Shown in pieces: positions 51,097 through 60,283 of a DNA stretch of 64,000 nt. The notes below the pieces were generated by a model, which worked only from the letters and a program-made list of their open reading frames with translations, was not told the DNA's origin and did no database searches. Each line of letters starts with the position of its first letter. The first letter of the stretch is position 1. The position numbers were made by a program, and so were the translations under genes. The DNA comes from Candidatus Latescibacterota bacterium. GTDB taxonomy: Bacteria > Latescibacterota > UBA2968 > GCA-2709665. The stretch is from NCBI GenBank assembly GCA_965248435.1, contig OZ252100.1:4576001-4640000 (forward strand), read 5' to 3'.

Positions 51097-53802
51097 ATGA
51101 TTTACTTCCGAAAGTTCCTTCTGCCAACAATCGTGTTTCTCTTTGTGCTCGGCATTGGGGCCGCACTCCTGATCATCGTTGAACACGACCGGATCGGCGA
51201 ACTGCGCGAGGCGGTCAACGAGGTTGGCATTGGACAGGCCTACACGCTGCAGCGTCAACTGGATCGCTCGCTCTCTTCGACCGTTGCGCTTGCAGTGCTT
51301 TTGCGTCAAGACAATGAGCACAAGTTACACAACTTTGACGAACTCGCGGCCCACATGATCGAAAGCTACGGTGGTATCAGTAGCTTACAACTGGCGCCCG
51401 ATGGCATCGTTACCCGGATCTATCCGTTAGCAGGCAACGAGGCGGCGATAGGCCACGACCTGCTAAATGACCCTGGACGCCGGACTGAGGCCTTGGCGGC
51501 GATTGAATCGAGGAAGCTGACACTCGCCGGGCCGTTCGCCCTGATCCAGGGGGGCGTTGCTGTCATCGGTCGCCTGCCGGTTTTTGTCTCCGACGATGCC
51601 GGGGGAGAACGCTTCTGGGGGTTCACGATCGCCCTGATTGGCCTGTCCGACTTACTCGAAGCGAGTAAGTTAGGCAGGCTTGTGGAGCGTGGGTATGACT
51701 ACGAGCTTTCCCGGATTCATCCTGACAGCGGCGAGCGCGTCGTGCTTGATCGGTCATCGGAGGAGGATCTTCGGGAGCCACTCCAGTTCGAGATTGAGGT
51801 GCCGAATGGAATGTGGTCACTGTCCGTTGCGCCCAGAGCCGGATGGCGGCCGGAAACCATCTTCTCGCTGCAGGTGATTCTGGTGGTCTTTTGCGGCATG
51901 TTCTTTTCCCTTCTCACGTACGCCCTGCAGAATAGAGTTGCCGGACACCAACAGCAGGCAGAGGAAACTCAAAAGTACAAAGCGTATCTCTTACGGAATG
52001 TTTCTGATGCCGTTATTGCCACAGATATAGACCTCAGGGTAACAAGCTGGAATAGAGCGGCTGAAAAGATCTACGGCTGGCGTGAAGATGAAGTTATCGG
52101 TCGAGATATAGATGAAGTTTGTGCGACAGAATTTGTCGGTGTCGAGCAAGAGGCAGCTCAAAAACAGCTTCTTGATACCGGTGAATGGCGAGGCGAGGTT
52201 ACTCAGAAAGGCAGAAACTCCGAAACGATCTACGTCATGGCATCGGTATCGTTGCTGAAAGACGCACGTGGAAATCCAAGTGGTGGGGTCACGGTAAATC
52301 GTGACATCACCGAGCGCAAGCAAGCAGAAGAAGCCCTTCAGAAAGCGCACGATGAACTGGAAGCAAAGGTCGAGGAACGAACCGCAGAACTGCACGCTGC
52401 CTACCGCTCTGTCGAGGAACGCGAGGCGATCACACGGACGCTCCTCGATGCACCGGCCGATGCCATCGTGCTTGTGGACAGGGCAGGGAACATCGTCGAT
52501 GCAAACCAGACAGTGGCTGACCGATTCGGAATGAGGTTGTGCGATATTCTTGGTGGCAGTATCTGGGATCTGGTGCCGGCGGACGTGGCCGCCAGTCGGA
52601 TCAAGTACATGGAGCAGACGCTCCAATCGTGCGAACCGGTGCGGTGGGAGGATGAGCTGGCAGGGATGTGGTTCGACAACGCCATGTATCCCATCCTTGG
52701 TGCAGAGGGAGAGGTGTTGATGATCGCCCTCTTGGCCCGGGACATCAGCGAGCGCAGAAAGATGGAGGAGGACCTCCGGACCAAAGATCTGGCTATCGAA
52801 TCCGCCATCAACGGCATCGGGATAGCGGACATGAATGGGATGGTCACCTACGTAAACGACGCCGTAGTGAAGATGTGGGGATATGATGATGGCAAGGAGA
52901 TCATAGGACGCGCGATTACGGAGTTCTGGGAGGGCGAGCGGATCTACGAGACGCTTCGAGCGCTCAACGAGGAAGGCGGCAGGATCGGCGAGGATACCGG
53001 GAAGCGTAGGGATGGTTCTCTGTTTCCAGTCGAGTTTTCTGCCACCGTGATCAGGGATGACACAGGAAAGCCGCTCTGCATGTTCGGCTCATTCATCGAC
53101 ATCACGGCCCGCAAGCGGACCGAGGCTACTTTGAAGGAAACCCAGCGACAGCTGCACGCGCTTGCTGCGCACCTTCACTCCGTTCAGGAACAGGAGCGGC
53201 GGACCATTGCGAGAGAAATGCACGATGAGCTCGGGCAGATACTGACCTCGGCGAAGATCGATCTCAGGATGATCTCCAGTGATCTCGCGGACGAGTCAGT
53301 GGAACGGGAGCAGCTGATACCTGAGATCGAGACCGTGCTCCAGCATCTGGATTCGACGATAAAGCAAACAAGAACGCTTGTCACGCAGCTGAGGCCGAAG
53401 ATTCTGGATGATCTGGGACTCCTGCCGGCGATCGAATGGCAGCTGGACGAGTTCGGTCGTCGCACCTCGCTTCAGTGCTCACTGACTTCGATGCTGGAGC
53501 AAGTGGACCTCGATGTGGAACGGGCGACCCCTGTCTTCAGGATCTTCCAAGAGGCTTTGACGAACATCGCACGGCACGCACAAGCGACGGAAGTCCGGGT
53601 TATCCTGGACAGCGACGATGGGAAGATGCGACTGGAGATTACCGACAACGGCGTCGGATTCGAAGAGGACAAACGGGGCGGCGAACTGACCTTCGGCCTG
53701 CTCGGCATGAAAGAACGTGCTTCGATGTTGAGTGGAGATCTGGAGATTATCAGCCGTGGAGGCGAAGGAACGACCGTTCGGCTGACAGTCCCCATCCCGT
53801 AG
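51097..53802 (+). CDS. CHASE + 3 PAS sensor histidine kinase (HisKA_3, NarX/UhpB-type)
   Basis: Two TMs flanking CHASE (YPLAGNEAAIGHDL, LAGPF.LIQGG), three PAS/PAC units, ERRTIAREMHDELGQ, QEALTNIARHA, DNGVGF and GLLGMKER. Confidence 0.92.
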   Translation: MIYFRKFLLPTIVFLFVLGIGAALLIIVEHDRIGELREAVNEVGIGQAYTLQRQLDRSLSSTVALAVLLRQDNEHKLHNFDELAAHMIESYGGISSLQLAPDGIVTRIYPLAGNEAAIGHDLLNDPGRRTEALAAIESRKLTLAGPFALIQGGVAVIGRLPVFVSDDAGGERFWGFTIALIGLSDLLEASKLGRLVERGYDYELSRIHPDSGERVVLDRSSEEDLREPLQFEIEVPNGMWSLSVAPRAGWRPETIFSLQVILVVFCGMFFSLLTYALQNRVAGHQQQAEETQKYKAYLLRNVSDAVIATDIDLRVTSWNRAAEKIYGWREDEVIGRDIDEVCATEFVGVEQEAAQKQLLDTGEWRGEVTQKGRNSETIYVMASVSLLKDARGNPSGGVTVNRDITERKQAEEALQKAHDELEAKVEERTAELHAAYRSVEEREAITRTLLDAPADAIVLVDRAGNIVDANQTVADRFGMRLCDILGGSIWDLVPADVAASRIKYMEQTLQSCEPVRWEDELAGMWFDNAMYPILGAEGEVLMIALLARDISERRKMEEDLRTKDLAIESAINGIGIADMNGMVTYVNDAVVKMWGYDDGKEIIGRAITEFWEGERIYETLRALNEEGGRIGEDTGKRRDGSLFPVEFSATVIRDDTGKPLCMFGSFIDITARKRTEATLKETQRQLHALAAHLHSVQEQERRTIAREMHDELGQILTSAKIDLRMISSDLADESVEREQLIPEIETVLQHLDSTIKQTRTLVTQLRPKILDDLGLLPAIEWQLDEFGRRTSLQCSLTSMLEQVDLDVERATPVFRIFQEALTNIARHAQATEVRVILDSDDGKMRLEITDNGVGFEEDKRGGELTFGLLGMKERASMLSGDLEIISRGGEGTTVRLTVPIP

Positions 53803-53916
53803 CCGCCCAGGCGGGCCTCTTAGGCATCTGTAACCTCGCAGATTGCAGAGGCGGCTGCTGCGGCTCAAAGTCGCAGAATAACCAGGAACCACTGAACGAC
53901 GCAGGAGAAATCAGCA

Positions 53917-54549
53917 ATGATCCGGACTCTGATCGCCGATGACCACGTACTGATCCGCGAGGGATTCAAAAAGCTGATCGGCAAGGAGCCGGGCATGTCG
54001 GTGGTGGCTGAGTGCGCGAATGGGTCCGAGGTTCTCGGGGCGGTCGAAAGGACCGGCTGCGATGTGGTCGTGCTGGATCTCAACATGCCCGGCAAGAACG
54101 GCCTGGATGTGCTCGCAGAACTCAGGAACGTGAGCCGGTCGCCAAAGGTCATTGTCCTGAGCATTTCCCCTGAAGAGCAGTTTGGCGTGAGGGTGATGAA
54201 GGCGGGTGCCTGGGGCTACCTGACCAAGGAGAGCGCACCGGAGGAGTTGCTTAATGCAATCCGAAAAGTCAGCAGTGGTCACAAGTATGTCAGCGAGGGG
54301 CTGGCCGAGAGGATGGCGTTCGATCTGGCCGGGCAGTCGGACGCAAAGCTGCACGAGAGGCTCTCGGACAGAGAGTTCCAGGTGCTTCGGTTGCTCGGCG
54401 CGGGAAAGACGACGGCGGAGATAGGCGAGCAGCTGTCGTTGAGCATTAACACGATCAACACCTACCGCAAGCGGATCCAGGAGAAGACGGGATTGCGTTC
54501 GAACGGAGAGATGGTGAGATACGCGGTGGAGAACGGACTGGTAGATTAG
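53917..54549 (+). CDS. NarL/FixJ-family response regulator (REC + LuxR HTH)
   Basis: IADDH, LDLNMPG, GYLTK and LSDREFQVL...TINTYRKRI motifs. Confidence 0.95.
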   Translation: MIRTLIADDHVLIREGFKKLIGKEPGMSVVAECANGSEVLGAVERTGCDVVVLDLNMPGKNGLDVLAELRNVSRSPKVIVLSISPEEQFGVRVMKAGAWGYLTKESAPEELLNAIRKVSSGHKYVSEGLAERMAFDLAGQSDAKLHERLSDREFQVLRLLGAGKTTAEIGEQLSLSINTINTYRKRIQEKTGLRSNGEMVRYAVENGLVD

Positions 54550-54767
54550 GCTAAGGCGAGTATCGCGCAAGGGCGCGAATGATCGGAAAGGAGAGCCACG
54601 ACATGCAGAGCGTGAAGAGGTAAGTTGGGGTTAATGAGGTAACGCGAGAAGGCCAAGGTCGAGGGCGCTGGATGAGTTCCGGCGCTTTTCTTGTGCCAGC
54701 GTGCTGGTAGGACTTCCAGGAGCGGGATCGGCAGTATGATCCTGCTCCTTTTTTCGTGCCTGCAAGC

Positions 54768-54850
54768 CTGTCACAGATCGTGTGACAGTAGAATCAACGT
54801 TTTGGTGACTGCAGAATCGACACTCCGGTGACAGTTGCTGCACGTTGGAA
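54768..54850. promoter_or_regulatory. Candidate transcription-factor operator array
   Basis: Palindrome CTGTCACA-N5-TGTGACAG, plus GTGAC at 54782, 54805 and 54828 (23-bp period). Confidence 0.5.
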
Positions 54851-54920
54851 GCGATATCTTTGTCGGAGCTCGTAGACCGAGGTTTGGCTCTATGCGTTGG
54901 ACACGCGGACAGGAGGCAGG

Positions 54921-55283
54921 ATGAAGGTGCTCGTCGCGGAAGATTCCACGACCGTCCTCAGGAGTATGATCAGGGTAATCCTCCTGATGGACGGTGTCGA
55001 GATCGTGGGGCGGGCTCGGACCGCCTCGGAGGGCATTGCGCTCACGGACGATATGAGGCCAGACGTGGTCGTGCTGTCGATTTCGTTGTCGCAGGGATCC
55101 GGGTTCGACGTGCTGAGGCACATACGAGAGAAGAAGATGGCGACGCACGTGATCCTGCTTGCAGACAGCGTGTCCGAGCAGTACAGGCACAAGGGCCTGA
55201 AGGAGGGCGCTGACATGGTGTTCGACAAGGCTACGGAGATCGACAAGATTGTGGAAGCTGTCGGGCTGCAGTTGGACGTGTAG
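54921..55283 (+). CDS. Stand-alone receiver-domain protein, atypical
   Basis: MKVLVAEDS...PDVVVLSISLSQGSGF...FDK. Ser sits at the usual phospho-Asp position. Confidence 0.8.
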   Translation: MKVLVAEDSTTVLRSMIRVILLMDGVEIVGRARTASEGIALTDDMRPDVVVLSISLSQGSGFDVLRHIREKKMATHVILLADSVSEQYRHKGLKEGADMVFDKATEIDKIVEAVGLQLDV

Positions 55284-55409
55284 AGGTGAGGACCCCAGCA
55301 TGCTCATTCGCCGAGGAGAGCAGTGGATTCCGGAGCTCGGCTCACGTCGGCCAGGTGGACACCATTCTTCCGGTTTGGCCGCGGTGTAGAAACCGATAAG
55401 GAGACCGTC

Positions 55410-56696
55410 TTGGAGCGATTCAGCAGCATTGCCTCCGCTGCTTTGATCGTGCTTCTAGTATGCAGCGTTGCGGTGTCCGCTGAGCCTGCGGCCGAGACGG
55501 TGACGGTTCAGCTCAAGTGGTCCCACCACTTCCAATTCGCAGGCTTCTACGCCGCCGTGGAGAAGGGCTTCTATGCCGAGGAAGGGCTGGAGGTCACACT
55601 CAGGGAACGAGATTCAGAGAAGAGCCACATCCAGTCGGTCCTCCATGGAGAAGCCCAGTACGGTGTGGCAGATGCCGGGCTGCTCTTGGACTATCTGCAG
55701 GGAGAGGACGTTGTCCTCCTCAAACAGATCTTTCAGCACTCGCCCCTGGTTCTGCTCTCACTGAAGAATTCGGGTATTGCGGCTGCGCACGATCTGGTGG
55801 GCCGGACGGTGATGGTGGATATCGAAGGTCGCAGCAGCGCCCCGATTCTGGCTATGCTGCTCAACACGATGGGCGACATTGGCCAGGTCCAGTTTGTGCC
55901 GCAGTCGTTCAGTCTGGAGGACCTGACCTCCGGCGGATTCGACCCTGATGCCGTGCGCTTCGATCCGGCGTCGGTCCTAGTAGTGGATGACGTGGAAGCC
56001 AACCGTCAACTGGTGAGCGCGTTCCTCTCGCCCTACGGTCTTGCCGTGATGGAAGCGGCAGACGGTGAGGAAGGTGTGGAGCAGACCCGGACGCATCGTC
56101 CGAACCTGGTTCTGATGGATATCCGCATGTCGGGGATGGACGGGCTGACCGCCACGCGTGTGCTGAAGGAAGATGGTGAGACAGCGGACATCCCGATCGT
56201 GGCCCTGACGGCGTCCGTGATGAAAGAGGACGAGGACGAGATCCGGGAAGGCTTCGACGGGTTCCTTCGGAAGCCTGTCAACCGTGCGGCGTTGATGGCT
56301 GAACTGGCGCGCTTCCTTCCCCACGAGATGAAGGAGACCCTCAGCCCGGAGCCTGCAGTGCCGACCGAAGAAGCGTGGGAGCCCGGACTCCTGGATGAGG
56401 CGTCGTTGACGAAGCTGACCGGTCTCGTGGAAGCGCTCGAGTCCGACGTTCTACCGGTCTGGGAGGGCGTTCGGGGAACCGCCAACGTGACGGCTGTGGA
56501 GGAGTTCGCGGAGCTGTTGGCGCGGGTGGTGGACGGGACGCTGTTCCCTCCGCTCCAGAGCTGGACGGAGAAGCTGAAGGGACAGGCGGCTGGCTTCCAA
56601 ATGGATCTCCTGCCGCAGACACTCGAGGAGTTTCCGAATCTGGTCGCCGATCTGAAGCAGATCGCGACGGCAGGCGCCCGGAAGCTTGAAGCATGA
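55410..56696 (+). CDS. NMT1/THI5-type sensor fragment fused directly to REC and a helical tail (internally deleted hybrid kinase)
   Basis: Signal peptide and VQLKWSHHFQFAGFYAAVEKGFYAEEGL, then an abrupt switch near 55935 to a REC module. No TM and no kinase core. Confidence 0.75.
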   Translation: MERFSSIASAALIVLLVCSVAVSAEPAAETVTVQLKWSHHFQFAGFYAAVEKGFYAEEGLEVTLRERDSEKSHIQSVLHGEAQYGVADAGLLLDYLQGEDVVLLKQIFQHSPLVLLSLKNSGIAAAHDLVGRTVMVDIEGRSSAPILAMLLNTMGDIGQVQFVPQSFSLEDLTSGGFDPDAVRFDPASVLVVDDVEANRQLVSAFLSPYGLAVMEAADGEEGVEQTRTHRPNLVLMDIRMSGMDGLTATRVLKEDGETADIPIVALTASVMKEDEDEIREGFDGFLRKPVNRAALMAELARFLPHEMKETLSPEPAVPTEEAWEPGLLDEASLTKLTGLVEALESDVLPVWEGVRGTANVTAVEEFAELLARVVDGTLFPPLQSWTEKLKGQAAGFQMDLLPQTLEEFPNLVADLKQIATAGARKLEA

Positions 56697-56818
56697 CCGG
56701 ACTTCCGAGTCGGCTCCGTCAACAGGATGCCGGTTTGACACAACCCAGCGAGTCTGTTTAACACTCTGGAGGAATGGGTAGGGTGAGGAACTTCGTGCCA
56801 ATACACAGAAACCTGCCG

Positions 56819-59800
56819 ATGAGCCTGTGCATCATTCTACGGCACCTGAGTCTTGCCTCGCTTGCGTTGCTAGGCACAAGGGGACTCGCCGATGCGCAGT
56901 CGCCGTCACCGGTCCAGGTGAAAGGCGCGTACGTTCTCAATTTCCTGAAGTACGTCGAATGGAAAGACGAGGGTTCGGTGTCTCGCTTTGTTGTGGGCAT
57001 GTACGGAGAGGACGAGGCACTCTACCGCGAGCTTTCCACGGCACTTCCCAAGATGAAGGCAAAACAGAAGGGAATCCAGGTCGTACAGGTGTCGGATATC
57101 GAGCAGGCGAAGTCGGTGCATCTGCTGATGGTGGCCGGGTCTGAAAACACCGACATCAGAGCGATCGCAAATGGCGTTCGCCGCACGAATACGCTGCTGG
57201 TGACAGACAACTGCGGCGACAAGCAGTCGATCATGATCAACCTCACCGCCTTCGGAGGGGATCGGATTGGGTTCGAAGTCAACAAACCCAACATCGTGTA
57301 CGAGGGGCTGAAACTATCTCCGGACATCCTGTTCCTGGGGGGTACCGAACTGGATGTGGCCGAGCTCTACCGCGAAATGGAGGCCTCCCTTCAGAATACA
57401 CGGGAAACGGTAGGGGTTCAGCAAGCCGAACTGGAGAGACAGCGAGACGAAATTGAGGAGCGAGGTCGAGAGATTGAGACTCAGAACGCCCGCCTGGCGA
57501 AACAGAACCGTGAGATCGAGGAGAAGCAAGCGTTGTTGGGTAGCCTTGAGAAGCGGCTCGCGGATGAACGTTCTGTGCTCAGAGCGAACCAGAGCCGAAT
57601 GGAGGCGTATGAATCTGAACTGAGGTCCAAGCTGAATACGCTGGCGGCGAGAGAGATCCAGGTGGAAACCCTGGCCGCTGAGATCAATGCCAACAGGGAG
57701 GTGCTTGAGAAGCAGAGGGGGCAGATTAGCGCCCAGGCGGAGCAGATCGAACAGCAGCAAGAGAACCTGGAGACACAGGACTCGACCATACAAAGACAGG
57801 AAGCGCTGCTACTGGGCGGAGGCATCATCCTGCTTCTGGTGATAACTCTGGGTGGGGTGATCTCCTGGGGCTACAGGCTTAACCGAAAGACTTCCGCAGC
57901 GCTCAGGCAGAGCGAGGCCGACTTCAGATCCCTCGTCCTCAACACTCCCGGGGTCGTCTACCGCTGTGCCCTGGATGAGCACTGGACCATGATGTACATG
58001 AGCGACCGCATCGAGGACCTTTCTGGTTATCCCAGCTCAGACTTCATCGGAAACGAAGCGCGTTCTTTCGCAAGCATCATTGCTCCTGAAGATGTGGAGA
58101 TGGTCGATCGCGTCGTCCAGGAAGGGGTCGAGCGGAGGCAGCCCTACATCATAGAGTATCGCATTCAACACCGGGATGGTTCTCTGCGATGGGTCTATGA
58201 ACAGGGAAGCGCCGTGTTCGAGGAGAAAGGGGATGTCAGTTATCTGGACGGTTTCATCATGGACATCACGGAGCGTAAGGAGAAGGATCGGTTTCTGCGG
58301 TTTGCGACGCACGCCATGGACAATAGCGCGGATATCGCGCTCTGGCTCGACGCTGATACTGCGCAGTTACGATTCGTCAACAAGGCTGCGTGCGAGCAGC
58401 TTGGGTATACCAAAGAAGAACTCCTCGAACTCACCATTCCCGACATCGACCCGTTGTTCCCCCAAGAGCGGTGGCCGGCATTCTCTAGTTCCCTCCGCGA
58501 ACAGGGCTTCATGCAGTTCGAGACGCAACAGCAAAGAAAAAACGGGGAGATCTATCCGGCCGAGGTGACGGTCAGTTCGGTGGACTTCGAACGGGTAACT
58601 TACTTCATATCCTTCTCCCGTGACATTACAGACCGCAAGAAGGCCGATGCAGAGCTTCTTGCCGCGAAAGAGGCGGCTGATGAGGCCAACAGCGCCAAGA
58701 GCATGTTTCTTGCCAACATGTCGCACGAGATCCGCACGCCCATGAACGCCGTGCTTGGATTCTCAGAAGTGCTGCGCACACTCGTCAAGGGAGAGCAGGA
58801 GAAGCAGTATCTGGATTCTATCCAGTCGAGCGGGAAGGCCTTGCTTGGATTGATCAACGACATCCTGGATCTGTCGAAGGTGGAGGCCGGCAAGCTCGAG
58901 CTGGAATACGCGGCCGTGGACGCGCCCGCGGTGTTCCAGGATATGGAGGCCGTGTTCGGCCAGCGCATGGACGAGAAAGGGCTCACCTTCATCCTCGATC
59001 TGGATCCGGACCTGCGTAAGGCGCTGATCCTGGACGAGGTGAGGCTGCGCCAGGTCCTGATCAACCTGATCGGCAACGCGATCAAGTTCACGGAGGAGGG
59101 GCACGTCCGGCTGGCCGCTGCGGCCGTCTCGGAACGAGAAACCGGCAGCCGGATGGATCTTATGATCTCAGTCGAGGATACGGGGATCGGGATCCCGGAG
59201 GATCAGCAGGGAAAGATCTTCGGGGCGTTCGAGCAGACGGTGGGACAGAGCCATATCCGCTTCGGAGGAACGGGTCTGGGGCTGGCGATCACCAAGAGAC
59301 TGGTCGAATTGATGGGCGGTGAGATTTCCGTCGAAAGCCAGGTGGGCAAGGGAAGCACGTTCCACATTCGGCTGAAACATGTGGCCGTCGCTTCGGTGGA
59401 CGATTTGGCAGAGACGGACACGGGCATAGACCCGGATGCCTTGCAGTTCGATCCAGCGTCGGTCTTAGTCGTGGATGACGTGGAAGCCAACCGTCAACTG
59501 GTGAGCGCGTTCCTCTCGCCCTACGGTCTTGCCGTGATGGAAGCGGCGGACGGTGAGGAAGGTGTGGAGCAGACCCGGGCGCATCGTCCGAACCTGGTTC
59601 TGATGGATATCCGCATGTCGGGGATGGACGGGCTGACCGCGACGCGTGTGCTGAAGGAAGATGGTGAGACAGCGGACATCCCGATCGTGGCCCTGACGGC
59701 ATCCGTGATGAAGGAGGACGAGGACGAGATCCGGGAGAGCTTCGACGGCTTCCTCCGGAAGCCTGTCAACCGTGCGGCATTGATGGCTGAGCTGGCGCGC

Positions 59801-60193
59801 TTCCTTCCGCACGAGACGGCGGCGTCGATCAGTCCGGAGCCTGCCGCGTCCCCAGCGGCAGAAGTGTGGCAGCCGGAGGATCTGGATGGAGAATCGCTCG
59901 CGAAGCTGTCCGCTCTGGTGGACGTGCTGGAGTCCGACGTTCGGCCGGTCTGGGAGGGCGTTCGGGGAACCGCCAACGTGTCGGCTGTGGAGGAGTTCGC
60001 GGAGCTGTTGGGGCGGGTGGTGGACGGGACGCTGTTCCCTCCGCTCCAGAGCTGGACGGAGAAGCTGAAGGGACAGGCGGGTACCTTTCAGATGGACCTC
60101 CTGCCGCAAACCCTCGAGGAGTTCCCGGATCTGGTCGAGAATCTGAAGCAGGTCACAACACACACGACGGCAAAGGAGAAGCACGAAGGATGA
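56819..60193 (+). CDS. YfiR/DUF4154-like + coiled coil + TM + 2 PAS hybrid histidine kinase with REC
   Basis: QVKGAYVLNFLKYVEW...FEVN...GLKLSP (YfiR-like), long Q/E/R heptads, TM, two PAS, FLANMSHEIRTPMN, GGTGLGL and REC LMDIRM. Confidence 0.9.
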   Translation: MSLCIILRHLSLASLALLGTRGLADAQSPSPVQVKGAYVLNFLKYVEWKDEGSVSRFVVGMYGEDEALYRELSTALPKMKAKQKGIQVVQVSDIEQAKSVHLLMVAGSENTDIRAIANGVRRTNTLLVTDNCGDKQSIMINLTAFGGDRIGFEVNKPNIVYEGLKLSPDILFLGGTELDVAELYREMEASLQNTRETVGVQQAELERQRDEIEERGREIETQNARLAKQNREIEEKQALLGSLEKRLADERSVLRANQSRMEAYESELRSKLNTLAAREIQVETLAAEINANREVLEKQRGQISAQAEQIEQQQENLETQDSTIQRQEALLLGGGIILLLVITLGGVISWGYRLNRKTSAALRQSEADFRSLVLNTPGVVYRCALDEHWTMMYMSDRIEDLSGYPSSDFIGNEARSFASIIAPEDVEMVDRVVQEGVERRQPYIIEYRIQHRDGSLRWVYEQGSAVFEEKGDVSYLDGFIMDITERKEKDRFLRFATHAMDNSADIALWLDADTAQLRFVNKAACEQLGYTKEELLELTIPDIDPLFPQERWPAFSSSLREQGFMQFETQQQRKNGEIYPAEVTVSSVDFERVTYFISFSRDITDRKKADAELLAAKEAADEANSAKSMFLANMSHEIRTPMNAVLGFSEVLRTLVKGEQEKQYLDSIQSSGKALLGLINDILDLSKVEAGKLELEYAAVDAPAVFQDMEAVFGQRMDEKGLTFILDLDPDLRKALILDEVRLRQVLINLIGNAIKFTEEGHVRLAAAAVSERETGSRMDLMISVEDTGIGIPEDQQGKIFGAFEQTVGQSHIRFGGTGLGLAITKRLVELMGGEISVESQVGKGSTFHIRLKHVAVASVDDLAETDTGIDPDALQFDPASVLVVDDVEANRQLVSAFLSPYGLAVMEAADGEEGVEQTRAHRPNLVLMDIRMSGMDGLTATRVLKEDGETADIPIVALTASVMKEDEDEIRESFDGFLRKPVNRAALMAELARFLPHETAASISPEPAASPAAEVWQPEDLDGESLAKLSALVDVLESDVRPVWEGVRGTANVSAVEEFAELLGRVVDGTLFPPLQSWTEKLKGQAGTFQMDLLPQTLEEFPDLVENLKQVTTHTTAKEKHEG

Positions 60194-60283
60194 CGTTCCG
60201 TCGGGATACTCTGTATTCGGGAAGCACGAAACGTGTGTAGAGCTTCCTGAGAGCGTTCGACACACACAACGCGGAGATAGCTG

